Positions 38,082 to 47,911 of a stretch of 64,000 nucleotides of DNA are shown here, in pieces. Location: positions 1,430 to 65,429 of the forward strand of contig CAZNJK010000005.1 in the NCBI GenBank assembly GCA_964573405.1, written 5' to 3'. The notes under the pieces are model-generated. The model worked only from the letters and a program-made list of their open reading frames with translations, was not told the origin of the DNA and made no database searches. Numbering within the stretch: the first letter of the stretch is position 1; each line of letters starts with the position of its first letter. The DNA is from an uncultured Christensenella sp. (GTDB lineage: Bacteria; Bacillota; Clostridia; Christensenellales; UBA1242). The position numbers were made by a program, and so were the translations under genes.

Positions 38082-39275
38082 ATGAAGATTTTAGTTATTA
38101 ATGCAGGTAGTAGCACATTAAAATTCCAACTTATGAATACTGCTACTGGAAAAGTAGAAGCAAAAGGAAATGTTGAAAGAATTAATGAAGGCAAATCATT
38201 CCTTCGCTACAAAGCAAATGGCAAAGAAACAATTATCAATGACGACATCAAAGATCACAAAAGAGCAATGGAACTTGTTCTTAATCAATTGACCGATCCT
38301 AGTACTGGTGTTATAAAATCGGTTAATGAAATCGACGCATTTGGTCACCGTTTTGTAAATGCTGGCGAGAAGTATTTTGACCCATGTATCATCACCGACG
38401 AAGTTTTGGAAGATTTCCGCAATAGTATTGATTTTGCACCTATTCACATCCCAGGCGGTATCGCAGGTATTGAGGGTGCCATGGCAGTATGTCCAAATAC
38501 CCCTAATGTAGCAGTATTTGATATCGGCTTCCATAAGTACATTCCAGAATATGCATATCGTTATGCTATTCCTAAAAAGTACTATGATGAATATAGAATC
38601 CGTCGTTTTGGCTTCCATGGGGCTAGCCACTACTATGTTACAAATAAATGTGCCGAAATTATGGGTAGAGATGTAAAAGGCCTAAAAATCATCACTTGTC
38701 ACCTAGGCAGTGGTGCTAGTATAAGCGCAGTTAAAGACGGTCATTCAGTAGATACTTCTATGGGATTTACACCACTTGAAGGCATTATGATGAATACTCG
38801 TTCTGGTGACCTTGACCCAGCAATCATTGAGTTCATTTGCAAGAAAGAAGGCAAAAGCGTAAGCGAAGTGCTTAATATTCTTAACAAGCAAAGCGGATTG
38901 ATTGGTGCTAATGGTGTATGCTCCGATATGAGAGAAATTTTGGAAAATATCGAAAATCCAGATGTAAGACGTAGTCTTGATATGTACAACTATCGCATTA
39001 AAAAATACATCGGCAGTTATGCAGCAGTCCTTAATGGCGTTGACGCAATCGTATTTACAGCAGGTGTAGGCGAGCACACTCCAGAAGTAAGAGAAGCGGT
39101 TACCAACGATATGGATTATCTTGGAATTAAAGTAGACCACGACAAAAACTGGAATGCTCCTCGTGGCGAAATTTGTGAGATTAGTGCAAGCGATTCTAAA
39201 GTTAAAGTATTCATTATCCCAACCGATGAAGAATATGTAATTGCTAAAGAAACTGAAAGATTAATCCAAAAATAA
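38082..39275 (+). CDS. ackA: Acetate kinase
   Basis: MKILVINAGSSTLKFQL, GHRFVNAG, RRFGFHGASH, TCHLGSGASI, FTAGVGE motifs. Confidence 0.96.
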   Translation: MKILVINAGSSTLKFQLMNTATGKVEAKGNVERINEGKSFLRYKANGKETIINDDIKDHKRAMELVLNQLTDPSTGVIKSVNEIDAFGHRFVNAGEKYFDPCIITDEVLEDFRNSIDFAPIHIPGGIAGIEGAMAVCPNTPNVAVFDIGFHKYIPEYAYRYAIPKKYYDEYRIRRFGFHGASHYYVTNKCAEIMGRDVKGLKIITCHLGSGASISAVKDGHSVDTSMGFTPLEGIMMNTRSGDLDPAIIEFICKKEGKSVSEVLNILNKQSGLIGANGVCSDMREILENIENPDVRRSLDMYNYRIKKYIGSYAAVLNGVDAIVFTAGVGEHTPEVREAVTNDMDYLGIKVDHDKNWNAPRGEICEISASDSKVKVFIIPTDEEYVIAKETERLIQK

Positions 39276-39327
39276 TTTAAGTTGCGAAAAATAATTTGCT
39301 AAAAGTAAATAATATTCAAATTTATGA

Positions 39328-39356
39328 TTGACAAATAGTGCTTTTTACTATATAAT
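39328..39356 (+). promoter_or_regulatory. Consensus promoter of rpmF
   Basis: TTGACA (39328-39333), 17-nt spacer, TATAAT (39351-39356). Confidence 0.65.
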
Positions 39357-39392
39357 GTCAAAAGTTATCGAAAATTTATTAGGAGGTGCCAA

Positions 39393-39596
39393 ATGGCAGT
39401 ACCAAAGGGTAAGGTTTCTAAAGCAAGAAGAGATTCAAGAAAAGCAAATTGGAAGATTTCAACACCTTCTATTTCTGAATGCCCACATTGCCACGAACTA
39501 AAAGCAAATCACAGAGTTTGCCCAAAATGTGGATATTATGATGGCGAGCAAAAAGTAGTAGTTGAAAAAGAAAAAGCTAATAAAGAAACAAAATAA
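39393..39596 (+). CDS. rpmF: 50S ribosomal protein L32 (zinc-ribbon form)
   Basis: MAVPKGKVSKARRDSRKA N-terminus, with CPHC...CPKC. Confidence 0.93.
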   Translation: MAVPKGKVSKARRDSRKANWKISTPSISECPHCHELKANHRVCPKCGYYDGEQKVVVEKEKANKETK

Positions 39597-39602
39597 TTGA
39601 TT

Positions 39603-39632
39603 AAAGTCCGTGAAAATTCACGGATTTTTTTT
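39603..39632 (+). terminator. Intrinsic terminator after rpmF
   Basis: Stem TCCGTGA / TCACGGA with a 4-nt loop, then a T8 run. Confidence 0.8.
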
Positions 39633-39711
39633 GTTAATCGGTTATTTATTTTACTTTTTCACAAATTATTGTTAATATAACTATAGTTATTTTACTATTA
39701 GGAGAAATTTT

Positions 39712-40734
39712 ATGTACAAAATTGTTTTAGATACTATGGGCGGAGATAATTCGCCTTTTGCACAAGTTGAAGGAGCAGTGATTGCAGTTAATGCCGACAA
39801 AGATTTGCATGTCATTCTAAGCGGTGATGAAAAAGCAATCACTAACGAACTTTCAAAGTATTCATATAATGTGAATCAAATATCGATAATCAACGCACCA
39901 GATGTGATTACCAACGACGATACCCCAACTGTTGCCATCAAGCAAAAGACGGAGAGCAGTCTTGTAAAAGCATTCGACGAACTTAAAAACAACGACGATG
40001 TTGTTGCGATTGTTAGTACAGGCTCCACCGGGGCAGTTCTTACGGGCGGATTCTTAAAAATCGGCAGAATTAAGGGGGTTAGTCGTCCGGCATTGTGCCC
40101 AATTTTGCCTACCAAAACTGGCGGAGTTGTGTCGATATGCGATTGTGGGGCAAATGTTGATTCTAAGCCTATCAATCTTGTTCACTATACAATTATGGCA
40201 AATGCGTATATGAAAAATGTTTTTCATATTGACAATCCGCGTGTTGCATTACTAAGCATTGGCACCGAAGACCATAAAGGCAACGAACTTACTAAGTCAG
40301 TGCTTCCAATTCTAAAAGATATGGAAGGCATTAATTTTGTCGGCAATATGGAGGCAAGGGAGATTTTGAGTGGCGACTATGATTTGGTTGTTACCGACGG
40401 ATTCTCTGGCAATGTGCTTCTAAAAGCAACGGAAGGTGCTATAGTTACTCTTCTTGGGATGTTGAAAGAAGAAATATCCGGTAGCGTGATGAGTAAATTC
40501 GGTTACTTATTTATGAGAAAAACATTCAAAAATTTGAAGTTGAGAATGGACTACAATAACAAGGGCGGGGCAGTGCTTCTAGGGACTAAGAAGATTGTTA
40601 TTAAAGGCCATGGAAGTAGCAAGGCGAAAAGCGTGAGTATGTGCATTCTTCAAGCGGTTGAGATGTACAAAGCGAATGTGTGCGGAATAATCGAAAAAGA
40701 AATTAATAGTATTAAGGTAGATGTTGAAGAGTAA
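39712..40734 (+). CDS. plsX: Phosphate acyltransferase PlsX
   Basis: IVLDTMGGDNSP N-terminus, STGSTGA and GHGSS motifs. Confidence 0.93.
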   Translation: MYKIVLDTMGGDNSPFAQVEGAVIAVNADKDLHVILSGDEKAITNELSKYSYNVNQISIINAPDVITNDDTPTVAIKQKTESSLVKAFDELKNNDDVVAIVSTGSTGAVLTGGFLKIGRIKGVSRPALCPILPTKTGGVVSICDCGANVDSKPINLVHYTIMANAYMKNVFHIDNPRVALLSIGTEDHKGNELTKSVLPILKDMEGINFVGNMEAREILSGDYDLVVTDGFSGNVLLKATEGAIVTLLGMLKEEISGSVMSKFGYLFMRKTFKNLKLRMDYNNKGGAVLLGTKKIVIKGHGSSKAKSVSMCILQAVEMYKANVCGIIEKEINSIKVDVEE

Positions 40735-41411
40735 TGGATGTAAAGAATTTAGATATCGGATATAGTTTTAAGGATTTGAATTTGCTTAATACCGCATTCA
40801 CCCACCTAAGTTATGCCAACGAAAATAACGTTCCTAGTTATGAGCGAATGGAGTATTTGGGCGACAGTGTTCTACAACTTGTTGTGAGCGAGTATTTGTA
40901 CAACAACTTCCCCGACTTGACGAGCGGTGAACTTAGCAAATTTCGTTCGCACCTAGTTTCTACTAAAAACCTTAGTTCAATCACAAAACAACTGCATTTT
41001 GATAAATACATTAAGATTGGCAAAGCCCTAACGCAAGTAAGCGATTCGCTTATGGCGGATTTGTTTGAAAGTGTGCTTGCGGGGATTTATAAAGATGGTG
41101 GGATGGAACCCGCCAAAAAGTATGTAATGGATTATGTGATTGTTGATAAAAATCATATAATGACAATTGTCAATCAAGATAAGGATTACAAGACCGAACT
41201 TCAAGAATTGCTTCAGTCAATGGCTACGCACCCACAACTGGAGTATGTGCTACATAGTAGCGAGTTAAAAAACAACAAAATGTATTTCACGATGAGTCTA
41301 ACTATTGACGGCAAAGAAATATCTTGCGTTGTTGAGCCTAGCAAAAAAGAGTGCGAGCGAAAACTAAGCAAAATAGCATTTGAAAAATTATCAAATAGCC
41401 AATTTAATTAA
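40734..41411 (+). CDS. rnc: Ribonuclease III
   Basis: ERMEYLGDSVL catalytic signature and a C-terminal dsRBD. The start overlaps the plsX stop (TAATG). Confidence 0.93.
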   Translation: MDVKNLDIGYSFKDLNLLNTAFTHLSYANENNVPSYERMEYLGDSVLQLVVSEYLYNNFPDLTSGELSKFRSHLVSTKNLSSITKQLHFDKYIKIGKALTQVSDSLMADLFESVLAGIYKDGGMEPAKKYVMDYVIVDKNHIMTIVNQDKDYKTELQELLQSMATHPQLEYVLHSSELKNNKMYFTMSLTIDGKEISCVVEPSKKECERKLSKIAFEKLSNSQFN

Positions 41412-41416
41412 CAATT

Positions 41417-41450
41417 AAGCCCAATAAAATAGGGCTTTTTTATTTTTTTT
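41417..41450 (+). terminator. Intrinsic terminator after rnc
   Basis: Stem AAGCCC / GGGCTT with a 9-nt loop, then a long T-run. Confidence 0.65.
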
Positions 41451-41524
41451 GAAGCAAAATAATTGGTTAAAAATATGTCTTGTGATATAATTAACCTAGA
41501 AGACTTGTACTTGGAGGATTTTCC

Positions 41525-44500
41525 ATGAATTTAAAACAAATTGAGATGGTCGGTTTCAAATCTTTCGCTGACCCTATAAAACTAACTTTCGGAGAAGGCA
41601 TTACGGCAATCGTAGGCCCTAATGGTTGTGGCAAAAGTAATGTTGCTGATGCAATTAGGTGGGTTCTTGGTGAGCAAAGTAGCAAAATGCTTCGTGGCTC
41701 GGAAATGCAAGATGTCATTTTCAAAGGCACCGAGAAAAGAAAAAGCCTAAGTTTTTGTGAAGTTAGTCTATGTTTTGACAATACAAATAGAATATTTAAA
41801 GTCGATTATGATGAAATTGTAATTACTAGAAAACTTTATCGTAGTGGCGATAGCGAATATATGATTAACCGCACACCTTGTAGGCTTAAGGACATCATTG
41901 AAATATTGCACGATAGCGGAATCGGGAAGAGCGGATATTCCATAATCGGGCAAGGCAAGGTCGAGGAGATTATCAATAGCAAACCCGAGGATAGGCGTGC
42001 AATTTTTGAAGAAGCAGCAGGGATTGCGAAGTTTAAGGCGAAAAAGATTGAGGCGGAAAGGAAATTAAATCGAACCCAAGACAATTTGACCCGAATTAAT
42101 GACATCATTAGTGAGATTGATAGGCAACTTGCCCCATTAAAAAGGCAATCAGAAACGGCAAAAATATATCTTGATTTGAAAGAAAAATTAAAACTTCTTG
42201 AAGTTAATGCTTACATTTATCAATACGACTACGCAGCGAGCAACAAGTCGGCAATTCAAGAAAAGATTGACGCCATTTTGGAAGAAATGGAACTTCGTCA
42301 AAGGGATTTGGATGCAACAATCAATGATTACAACACAACATATAGCGATATAAATGGACTTGATGACACAATATCTGCTATTAGAGATAAGATTTTAGAA
42401 TTGACAGTTATCTTAGAAAAGCAAACTGGTGAAACCAATTTGATTAGAGAAAAACTACGAAGTGTAGAATCTGAAATGACTAGAAGCGAACAAGAACTTT
42501 CAAAAAATCAAGCAAGGCAATCGGAATTAACCAGTAATTTGCACACTACTACAAATTCGGCGAATAGCAAAAAACTTAATTTGGTGGAATTAAAACATCG
42601 ACTTAATGATATTGAAGATAAGTATCAAAGCGTATTTTCTCAGTTGGAGTCGGGCGAAAACGAAACAAAAGAAGCCCAAAAGAAGTTGTTTGAAAATCTT
42701 AGCAAATTGGGTGATGTGAAGGCTCAAATTAGTGCATTGAATGTTGAGAAAAACACCTACAATAAAAGTATTGAAGAGTACGAATCACAACTACGAATTG
42801 TCAATGGGAAATTGTCGGACAATGAAAAAGAATTGAGAAGTCACCTTGATGCATCTAACAATATGATTTCAGAAAAGACCGATTTGCAAGTTAAACTTGA
42901 CAATTTGATTAGTGAGCAGACAGAGAAGTCGGTTAGGATAAAAGAATATGAGTCAAATATCAACACCATTAATTCAAATATAATTAGTATGCAAAATAGG
43001 AAAAAACTCCTTGAAGATATGCAAAGAGAATATGAAGGATTTAATGGCAGTGTAAAAAGGCTTTTGAGCGATGCCGAGCGAAATAGGGAATTAAAAAGTA
43101 GAATTGTCGGCGTCTTGGCGTCACTTATTAAAGTTCCTACTACATATCAAACAGCCATCGAGATGGCGCTTGGCAATGCAGTGCAAAATATCGTTACAAA
43201 TACCGATGAAGATGCAAAAGCACTTATAAATTACTTAAAACAAATGCAATACGGAAGAGTTACTTTCTTACCAATCAACATCGTGAAGCCAAGATATTTT
43301 GATAGGTCAAATCAAAGATTATTAAGTTCTCAAGGTTGTTTTGGGCTAGCGAGTGATTTAATTAGTTATGACAAAAATCTAACCAATATCATAAGCAGTT
43401 TGCTAGGGACGACTGTAATTGTTAACAATATCAATACTGCAGTGAGCCTAGCAAAACAAAGTAACTATTCCTTTAGGATAGTGACTCTTGAAGGCGATAT
43501 AATTAGCCCGCAAGGAAGTATTACTGGTGGTAGTAAAAAAACTCAAGTTGCGAATTTGCTTAGCCGAGAGTCTAATATTGAATTGGCTGAACAGCAAATT
43601 GCAAAGATGCAATCGGAGTTGTCGGGTCAAGAGAGTGACTTGGCACAACTTAATAATGATTATCAAAAGTTGGTGTCTGAGATTAACGACAAAACATCAA
43701 TTTTAAGAAAATTGGAGATTTCTCACGCCCAAGAGAGTGAGATTTGCAACCGATATACAATCATCTCTCACGATTTGGAAAGCGAAGTTAACAAACTTAC
43801 TGGAGAAATTTCAAAAGCAAAGCAAATGGTGTATAGCATAGAAAATGAACTTGCAAAATTCGCTAATCAAGACTATGATTCGTTGGGTGAAGATTTTGAC
43901 AATCAAAACAACCAATTTAGCGAGTTGAAGTCGAAGAAAGAATTGTACAGTTCGCAAATCACCACGCTTAAGGTTGAAATTGCAGGATTGGAAAGCGAAA
44001 TTATATCCTTAGAGCAAGAAAAAGTCCGTTTAAATAGCGAATTGGAATTGGTAAACGAGTCAATAATAGAACTAACAAGCCAATTTGAATCCAACAAACA
44101 ACAATACGATGTTATGAAATCTAACGTTGAGAGCAGTGAAACAAGAGTCGAAGCAAACGAGATAGACGGTCAATTGAAGAACTTAAAAGATGAGTTATCA
44201 AAACAAGGTGAAACAAAACAAAATCTACAAGCCCGACTTAGACTTCTTGAAGAACAGCGTATGAATTTGAGCGCGGAAGTTAATCGCTTGCAAGACAAGA
44301 AATATCAACAAGATTTGGCACTTACTAAGGTCGATACCGACATTGAAACAATGCAAGAGCGAGTATGGACGGAGTACGAACTTACATATACAACCGCATT
44401 GCAATACAAACAAGATTTGTTTAATCTAAAAGAAGCAATGCCAGAAATTAGCCGAATTAAGAAAGAAATTAGTAAATTGGGGAATGTCAATGTTAATGCC

Positions 44501-45097
44501 ATTGAAGATTACAAACTTTTGCTTGAACGACACGGCTCAATGTATGACCAAGCCCAAGACCTTATTAAGGCGGAAGATGAATTAAAACAAATCATTAAAG
44601 AACTTTCCAACGAGATGGTTGAAAGATTTGAAACCGAATTCAATAAGATTAACGAGAACTTTGGAAGGGTGTTCCAGACCTTGTTTGGTGGCGGAAAAGC
44701 CCGCCTAGAACTTGTTCAGTCGGACGATATTTTGGAAGCGGGTGTAGATATTATCGCCGAACCACCTGGAAAAAAACTTTCAAATATTACTTTGCTTAGT
44801 GGTGGCGAAAAGTCGCTTACGGCGATTGCGATTTTATTTGCTATATTACAACTTAAGCCAATGCCATTCTGCTTGCTTGACGAAATTGAAGCAGCGCTAG
44901 ACGAAGCCAATGTTGGAAGATTTGCAAAGTATTTAAAGAATTATTCTGACAATACTCAATTTATTGTAATCACCCACAAAAAACCTACAATGGAGCACTC
45001 TAATGTGTTGTACGGTGTTACAATGGAAGAAAAGGGTGTAAGTAAAATTGTTTCAGTAAAACTAAGCGAAGCGATTAAAAACATAGAGGAGCGATAG
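41525..45097 (+). CDS. smc: Chromosome partition protein Smc
   Basis: 1190 aa with Walker A GPNGCGKSN, long coiled coils, a hinge, signature LSGGEKSL, and Walker B CLLDEIEAALD. Confidence 0.96.
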   Translation: MNLKQIEMVGFKSFADPIKLTFGEGITAIVGPNGCGKSNVADAIRWVLGEQSSKMLRGSEMQDVIFKGTEKRKSLSFCEVSLCFDNTNRIFKVDYDEIVITRKLYRSGDSEYMINRTPCRLKDIIEILHDSGIGKSGYSIIGQGKVEEIINSKPEDRRAIFEEAAGIAKFKAKKIEAERKLNRTQDNLTRINDIISEIDRQLAPLKRQSETAKIYLDLKEKLKLLEVNAYIYQYDYAASNKSAIQEKIDAILEEMELRQRDLDATINDYNTTYSDINGLDDTISAIRDKILELTVILEKQTGETNLIREKLRSVESEMTRSEQELSKNQARQSELTSNLHTTTNSANSKKLNLVELKHRLNDIEDKYQSVFSQLESGENETKEAQKKLFENLSKLGDVKAQISALNVEKNTYNKSIEEYESQLRIVNGKLSDNEKELRSHLDASNNMISEKTDLQVKLDNLISEQTEKSVRIKEYESNINTINSNIISMQNRKKLLEDMQREYEGFNGSVKRLLSDAERNRELKSRIVGVLASLIKVPTTYQTAIEMALGNAVQNIVTNTDEDAKALINYLKQMQYGRVTFLPINIVKPRYFDRSNQRLLSSQGCFGLASDLISYDKNLTNIISSLLGTTVIVNNINTAVSLAKQSNYSFRIVTLEGDIISPQGSITGGSKKTQVANLLSRESNIELAEQQIAKMQSELSGQESDLAQLNNDYQKLVSEINDKTSILRKLEISHAQESEICNRYTIISHDLESEVNKLTGEISKAKQMVYSIENELAKFANQDYDSLGEDFDNQNNQFSELKSKKELYSSQITTLKVEIAGLESEIISLEQEKVRLNSELELVNESIIELTSQFESNKQQYDVMKSNVESSETRVEANEIDGQLKNLKDELSKQGETKQNLQARLRLLEEQRMNLSAEVNRLQDKKYQQDLALTKVDTDIETMQERVWTEYELTYTTALQYKQDLFNLKEAMPEISRIKKEISKLGNVNVNAIEDYKLLLERHGSMYDQAQDLIKAEDELKQIIKELSNEMVERFETEFNKINENFGRVFQTLFGGGKARLELVQSDDILEAGVDIIAEPPGKKLSNITLLSGGEKSLTAIAILFAILQLKPMPFCLLDEIEAALDEANVGRFAKYLKNYSDNTQFIVITHKKPTMEHSNVLYGVTMEEKGVSKIVSVKLSEAIKNIEER

Positions 45098-45098
45098 A

Positions 45099-46001
45099 AT
45101 GGGGCTATTTTCTAAAATATTTGGCGGACTTAAAAAGACAAAAGACGCCATTACATCGAAGTTGTCGCATATTTTTGTGGGTGAACTTGACGATGATTTT
45201 TATGAAGAACTTGAATATGTGTTACTTTCGAGCGACATCGGGGCCGACGCAACTGATGAAATTATAGAGAATGTGAAAAAACTTGCAAAAAAACAAAAAG
45301 TCAAAACAGAAGCGGAGTTTTATAACCTGCTAAGACAAGCGATGATGGAAATCTTAATTGTTGACGAAGATGACGATGAGTATCCGCAATTGATTACTTT
45401 TGTTGGGGTTAATGGTGTTGGCAAAACAACCACAATTGGAAGGCTTGCCAACTACTATAAGTCTAGTGGCAAATCGGTGCTTTTGGTTGCTGGCGATACT
45501 TTCCGTGCGGCAGCGACCGACCAATTGACCGAGTGGAGTAAGCGTGCAAAAGTACGAATAGTAAAGTATGGCGAAGGCGTAGACCCCGCAAGCGTAGTGT
45601 ATGACGGAATCCATAGTGCCATAGCAAAAAATGATGATGTGGTGCTTGTAGATACTGCTGGCAGACTACACAACAAATCCAATCTTATGGAAGAACTTAA
45701 AAAGATAAATAAAGTTATTGATAGGGAGTGGACAAATCAAGGTTATGTTCACAAAAACTATTTGGTTATTGACGCAACAACTGGTCAAAACGCGCTTAGT
45801 CAAGTCGAAGCATTTAATGAAATTGTTGGGATTGACGGGATAGTGCTTACAAAACTTGATGGCACAGCCAAAGGCGGAGTGATTTTCGCAATCGCAAAAG
45901 AGTATGGCATTCCAATTAAGTTTGTCGGAGTTGGTGAAGGCTTAGACGATATAATTCCATTTGATGCTAAAGATTTTGTAAATGGAATAATTGAGGGGTA
46001 A
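45099..46001 (+). CDS. ftsY: Signal recognition particle receptor FtsY
   Basis: GVNGVGKTTT, DTAGR and TKLDGTAKGG motifs. Confidence 0.95.
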   Translation: MGLFSKIFGGLKKTKDAITSKLSHIFVGELDDDFYEELEYVLLSSDIGADATDEIIENVKKLAKKQKVKTEAEFYNLLRQAMMEILIVDEDDDEYPQLITFVGVNGVGKTTTIGRLANYYKSSGKSVLLVAGDTFRAAATDQLTEWSKRAKVRIVKYGEGVDPASVVYDGIHSAIAKNDDVVLVDTAGRLHNKSNLMEELKKINKVIDREWTNQGYVHKNYLVIDATTGQNALSQVEAFNEIVGIDGIVLTKLDGTAKGGVIFAIAKEYGIPIKFVGVGEGLDDIIPFDAKDFVNGIIEG

Positions 46002-46004
46002 AGT

Positions 46005-47360
46005 ATGGAAAAAGAAACAAAGAAAAAAAATATTAAAAAGCCAATCATAATTTCTGTTATTTGTATATTGCTAGTTGCCGTTATTTTGATTCCAATTATA
46101 CTAGTTAGTGTAAATAGTAAGGATGAAGACCACAATCTATTTTCAAAAAATCTTTTAGCGGTAAAATTTGACGAGGGTTGGGGATACATCAATTCTAAAG
46201 GGAAAGTTAAAATAGAAGGTCAGTTTGATAAGGCGTATCCGTTTGCAGATAACGGGATTGCGTTAGTTTCTATTGGCGGTTCGTACGGGTACATCAATAC
46301 CGATGGAGAATTTGTAGTAAATCCTATATATTCTCAAGCGACATCGTTTGATGGAAATAGTGACTATGCTGTAGTTAAAAGAAATTCAAAATATGGTTAT
46401 GTTAATAAAAATGGCGAAGAAGTAATTAAGTGCCAATTTGAAGAAGCCTATCAATTTTCATACGATTTGGCTCTAGTTAAGATTGGCGGGAAATATGGAT
46501 TTATTAATTCAAAAGGTAAATTCGTAATCAATCCTATATATGACGAAGCGGAGAGTTTTTCAAATAAAAAACTTACGGCAGTAGGAAAAGAAGTAGCGGG
46601 AAAAATGCAATATGCTTGCATATCAAATAAAGGGAAATTACTAACCGACTTTATGTTTGATAAATTATATATTTCAGAAAAGTATGTTATAACTTTCAAT
46701 GGTACTTATTATGGATTGTGCAAGACTGATTTACAACCACTATTCACAACAGAATATCAAATCGCAGGATTTCCAATTGAACTTGATTCGTTTGAAAATC
46801 TTAACGACCACCTTATCCCATTTAAAGATAATTCCACATACAAATATGGATATTTGAATTTGAAAGGACAAGTTGTAATTGATGCAAAATACGACATTAT
46901 TGGAAATTTCTACAATGATAGAGCATTAGTTAAATTTGACAATAAATATGGATATATTGATGAGAAAGGTTCACTTATTGTCAAAAACGAGTATGATATT
47001 GTCAAAAACTTCAATGATAAATATGCTGTTGTTGGTAAAGCAAATACTAATGGAAATACATTATATGGGCTTATCAATATGTCGGGAGCATTAACAACCG
47101 AATTAAAATATTATAACCTTGGAAATTTTGTAAACGGGCTATGCTATTTTACGACCGAGGACAATCAATCGGTAGGATATATAAACGAAGTAGGCGAAGT
47201 TGTGATTCCACAAACTTATTCTGAGATTGGTCAAAGAGTTGTAGCAAATGATGTTACCGATGACGGATATATTGTAATAAGGCAAGGCTCCAACTTGGGC
47301 GTGATTAATAAAAAGGGTGATTATATTATCAATCCATATTTATCGGAAATTAAATATTAA
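46005..47360 (+). CDS. Membrane-anchored WG-repeat (KWG-like) protein
   Basis: N-terminal TM followed by about 11-12 degenerate ~30-aa repeats of the form (K)YG(Y/F)IN..G..VI.P.Y(D/E).A..F..G.A.V. Confidence 0.8.
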   Translation: MEKETKKKNIKKPIIISVICILLVAVILIPIILVSVNSKDEDHNLFSKNLLAVKFDEGWGYINSKGKVKIEGQFDKAYPFADNGIALVSIGGSYGYINTDGEFVVNPIYSQATSFDGNSDYAVVKRNSKYGYVNKNGEEVIKCQFEEAYQFSYDLALVKIGGKYGFINSKGKFVINPIYDEAESFSNKKLTAVGKEVAGKMQYACISNKGKLLTDFMFDKLYISEKYVITFNGTYYGLCKTDLQPLFTTEYQIAGFPIELDSFENLNDHLIPFKDNSTYKYGYLNLKGQVVIDAKYDIIGNFYNDRALVKFDNKYGYIDEKGSLIVKNEYDIVKNFNDKYAVVGKANTNGNTLYGLINMSGALTTELKYYNLGNFVNGLCYFTTEDNQSVGYINEVGEVVIPQTYSEIGQRVVANDVTDDGYIVIRQGSNLGVINKKGDYIINPYLSEIKY

Positions 47361-47515
47361 TATTGTGAGTATAGTTGTAAAAATTTATTGATAAATATAA
47401 TCATTATAAATAATTCGTAAACAAAATATTTGTTAGTACAATATAAATAATTAAATCACAATTTTAATAAGACATTTTAATAAAATAAAAAATAAATTTA
47501 TTTTCACTTTAAGTG

Positions 47516-47544
47516 TTGACAAATTGATTTTAAATATGTATAAT
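47516..47544 (+). promoter_or_regulatory. Promoter of ylxM-ffh
   Basis: TTGACA (47516-47521), 17-nt spacer, TATAAT (47539-47544). Confidence 0.55.
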
Positions 47545-47598
47545 TGGTGTAAAGTAAAAATACTTTACACTTTTATTTTGGTTTTATGGGGTGAAATT

Positions 47599-47910
47599 AT
47601 GGAACTAAATAAGACCTTAGAGATTAATAATTTGATTGATGTATATGGCGGTTTTTTAACCGATAAGCAATTAAACATAATGACCGATTATTTCAAAAAT
47701 GATTATAGTTTGAGTGAAATTGCTGACAACCTTGGCATTACAAAACAGGCCGTAAAATATTCAATTGGATTGTCGCTTGACCGTTTGCAAGAATTTGAAA
47801 GCAAATTAAAGTTAAACGAAATTAAAAGTGAACTTAATGAATTTTTACTTCAACTTGACGGGGATTTGAAAAAAGACCTAATAAGCATCATCAACAAAAT
47901 AGGAGATTAG
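47599..47910 (+). CDS. ylxM: YlxM (UPF0122) helix-turn-helix protein
   Basis: MELNKTLEINNLIDVYGGFLTDKQ...YSLSEIADNLGITKQAV parallels B. subtilis YlxM. The ATG at 47599 lies downstream of the promoter. Confidence 0.8.
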   Translation: MELNKTLEINNLIDVYGGFLTDKQLNIMTDYFKNDYSLSEIADNLGITKQAVKYSIGLSLDRLQEFESKLKLNEIKSELNEFLLQLDGDLKKDLISIINKIGD

Positions 47911-47911
47911 C

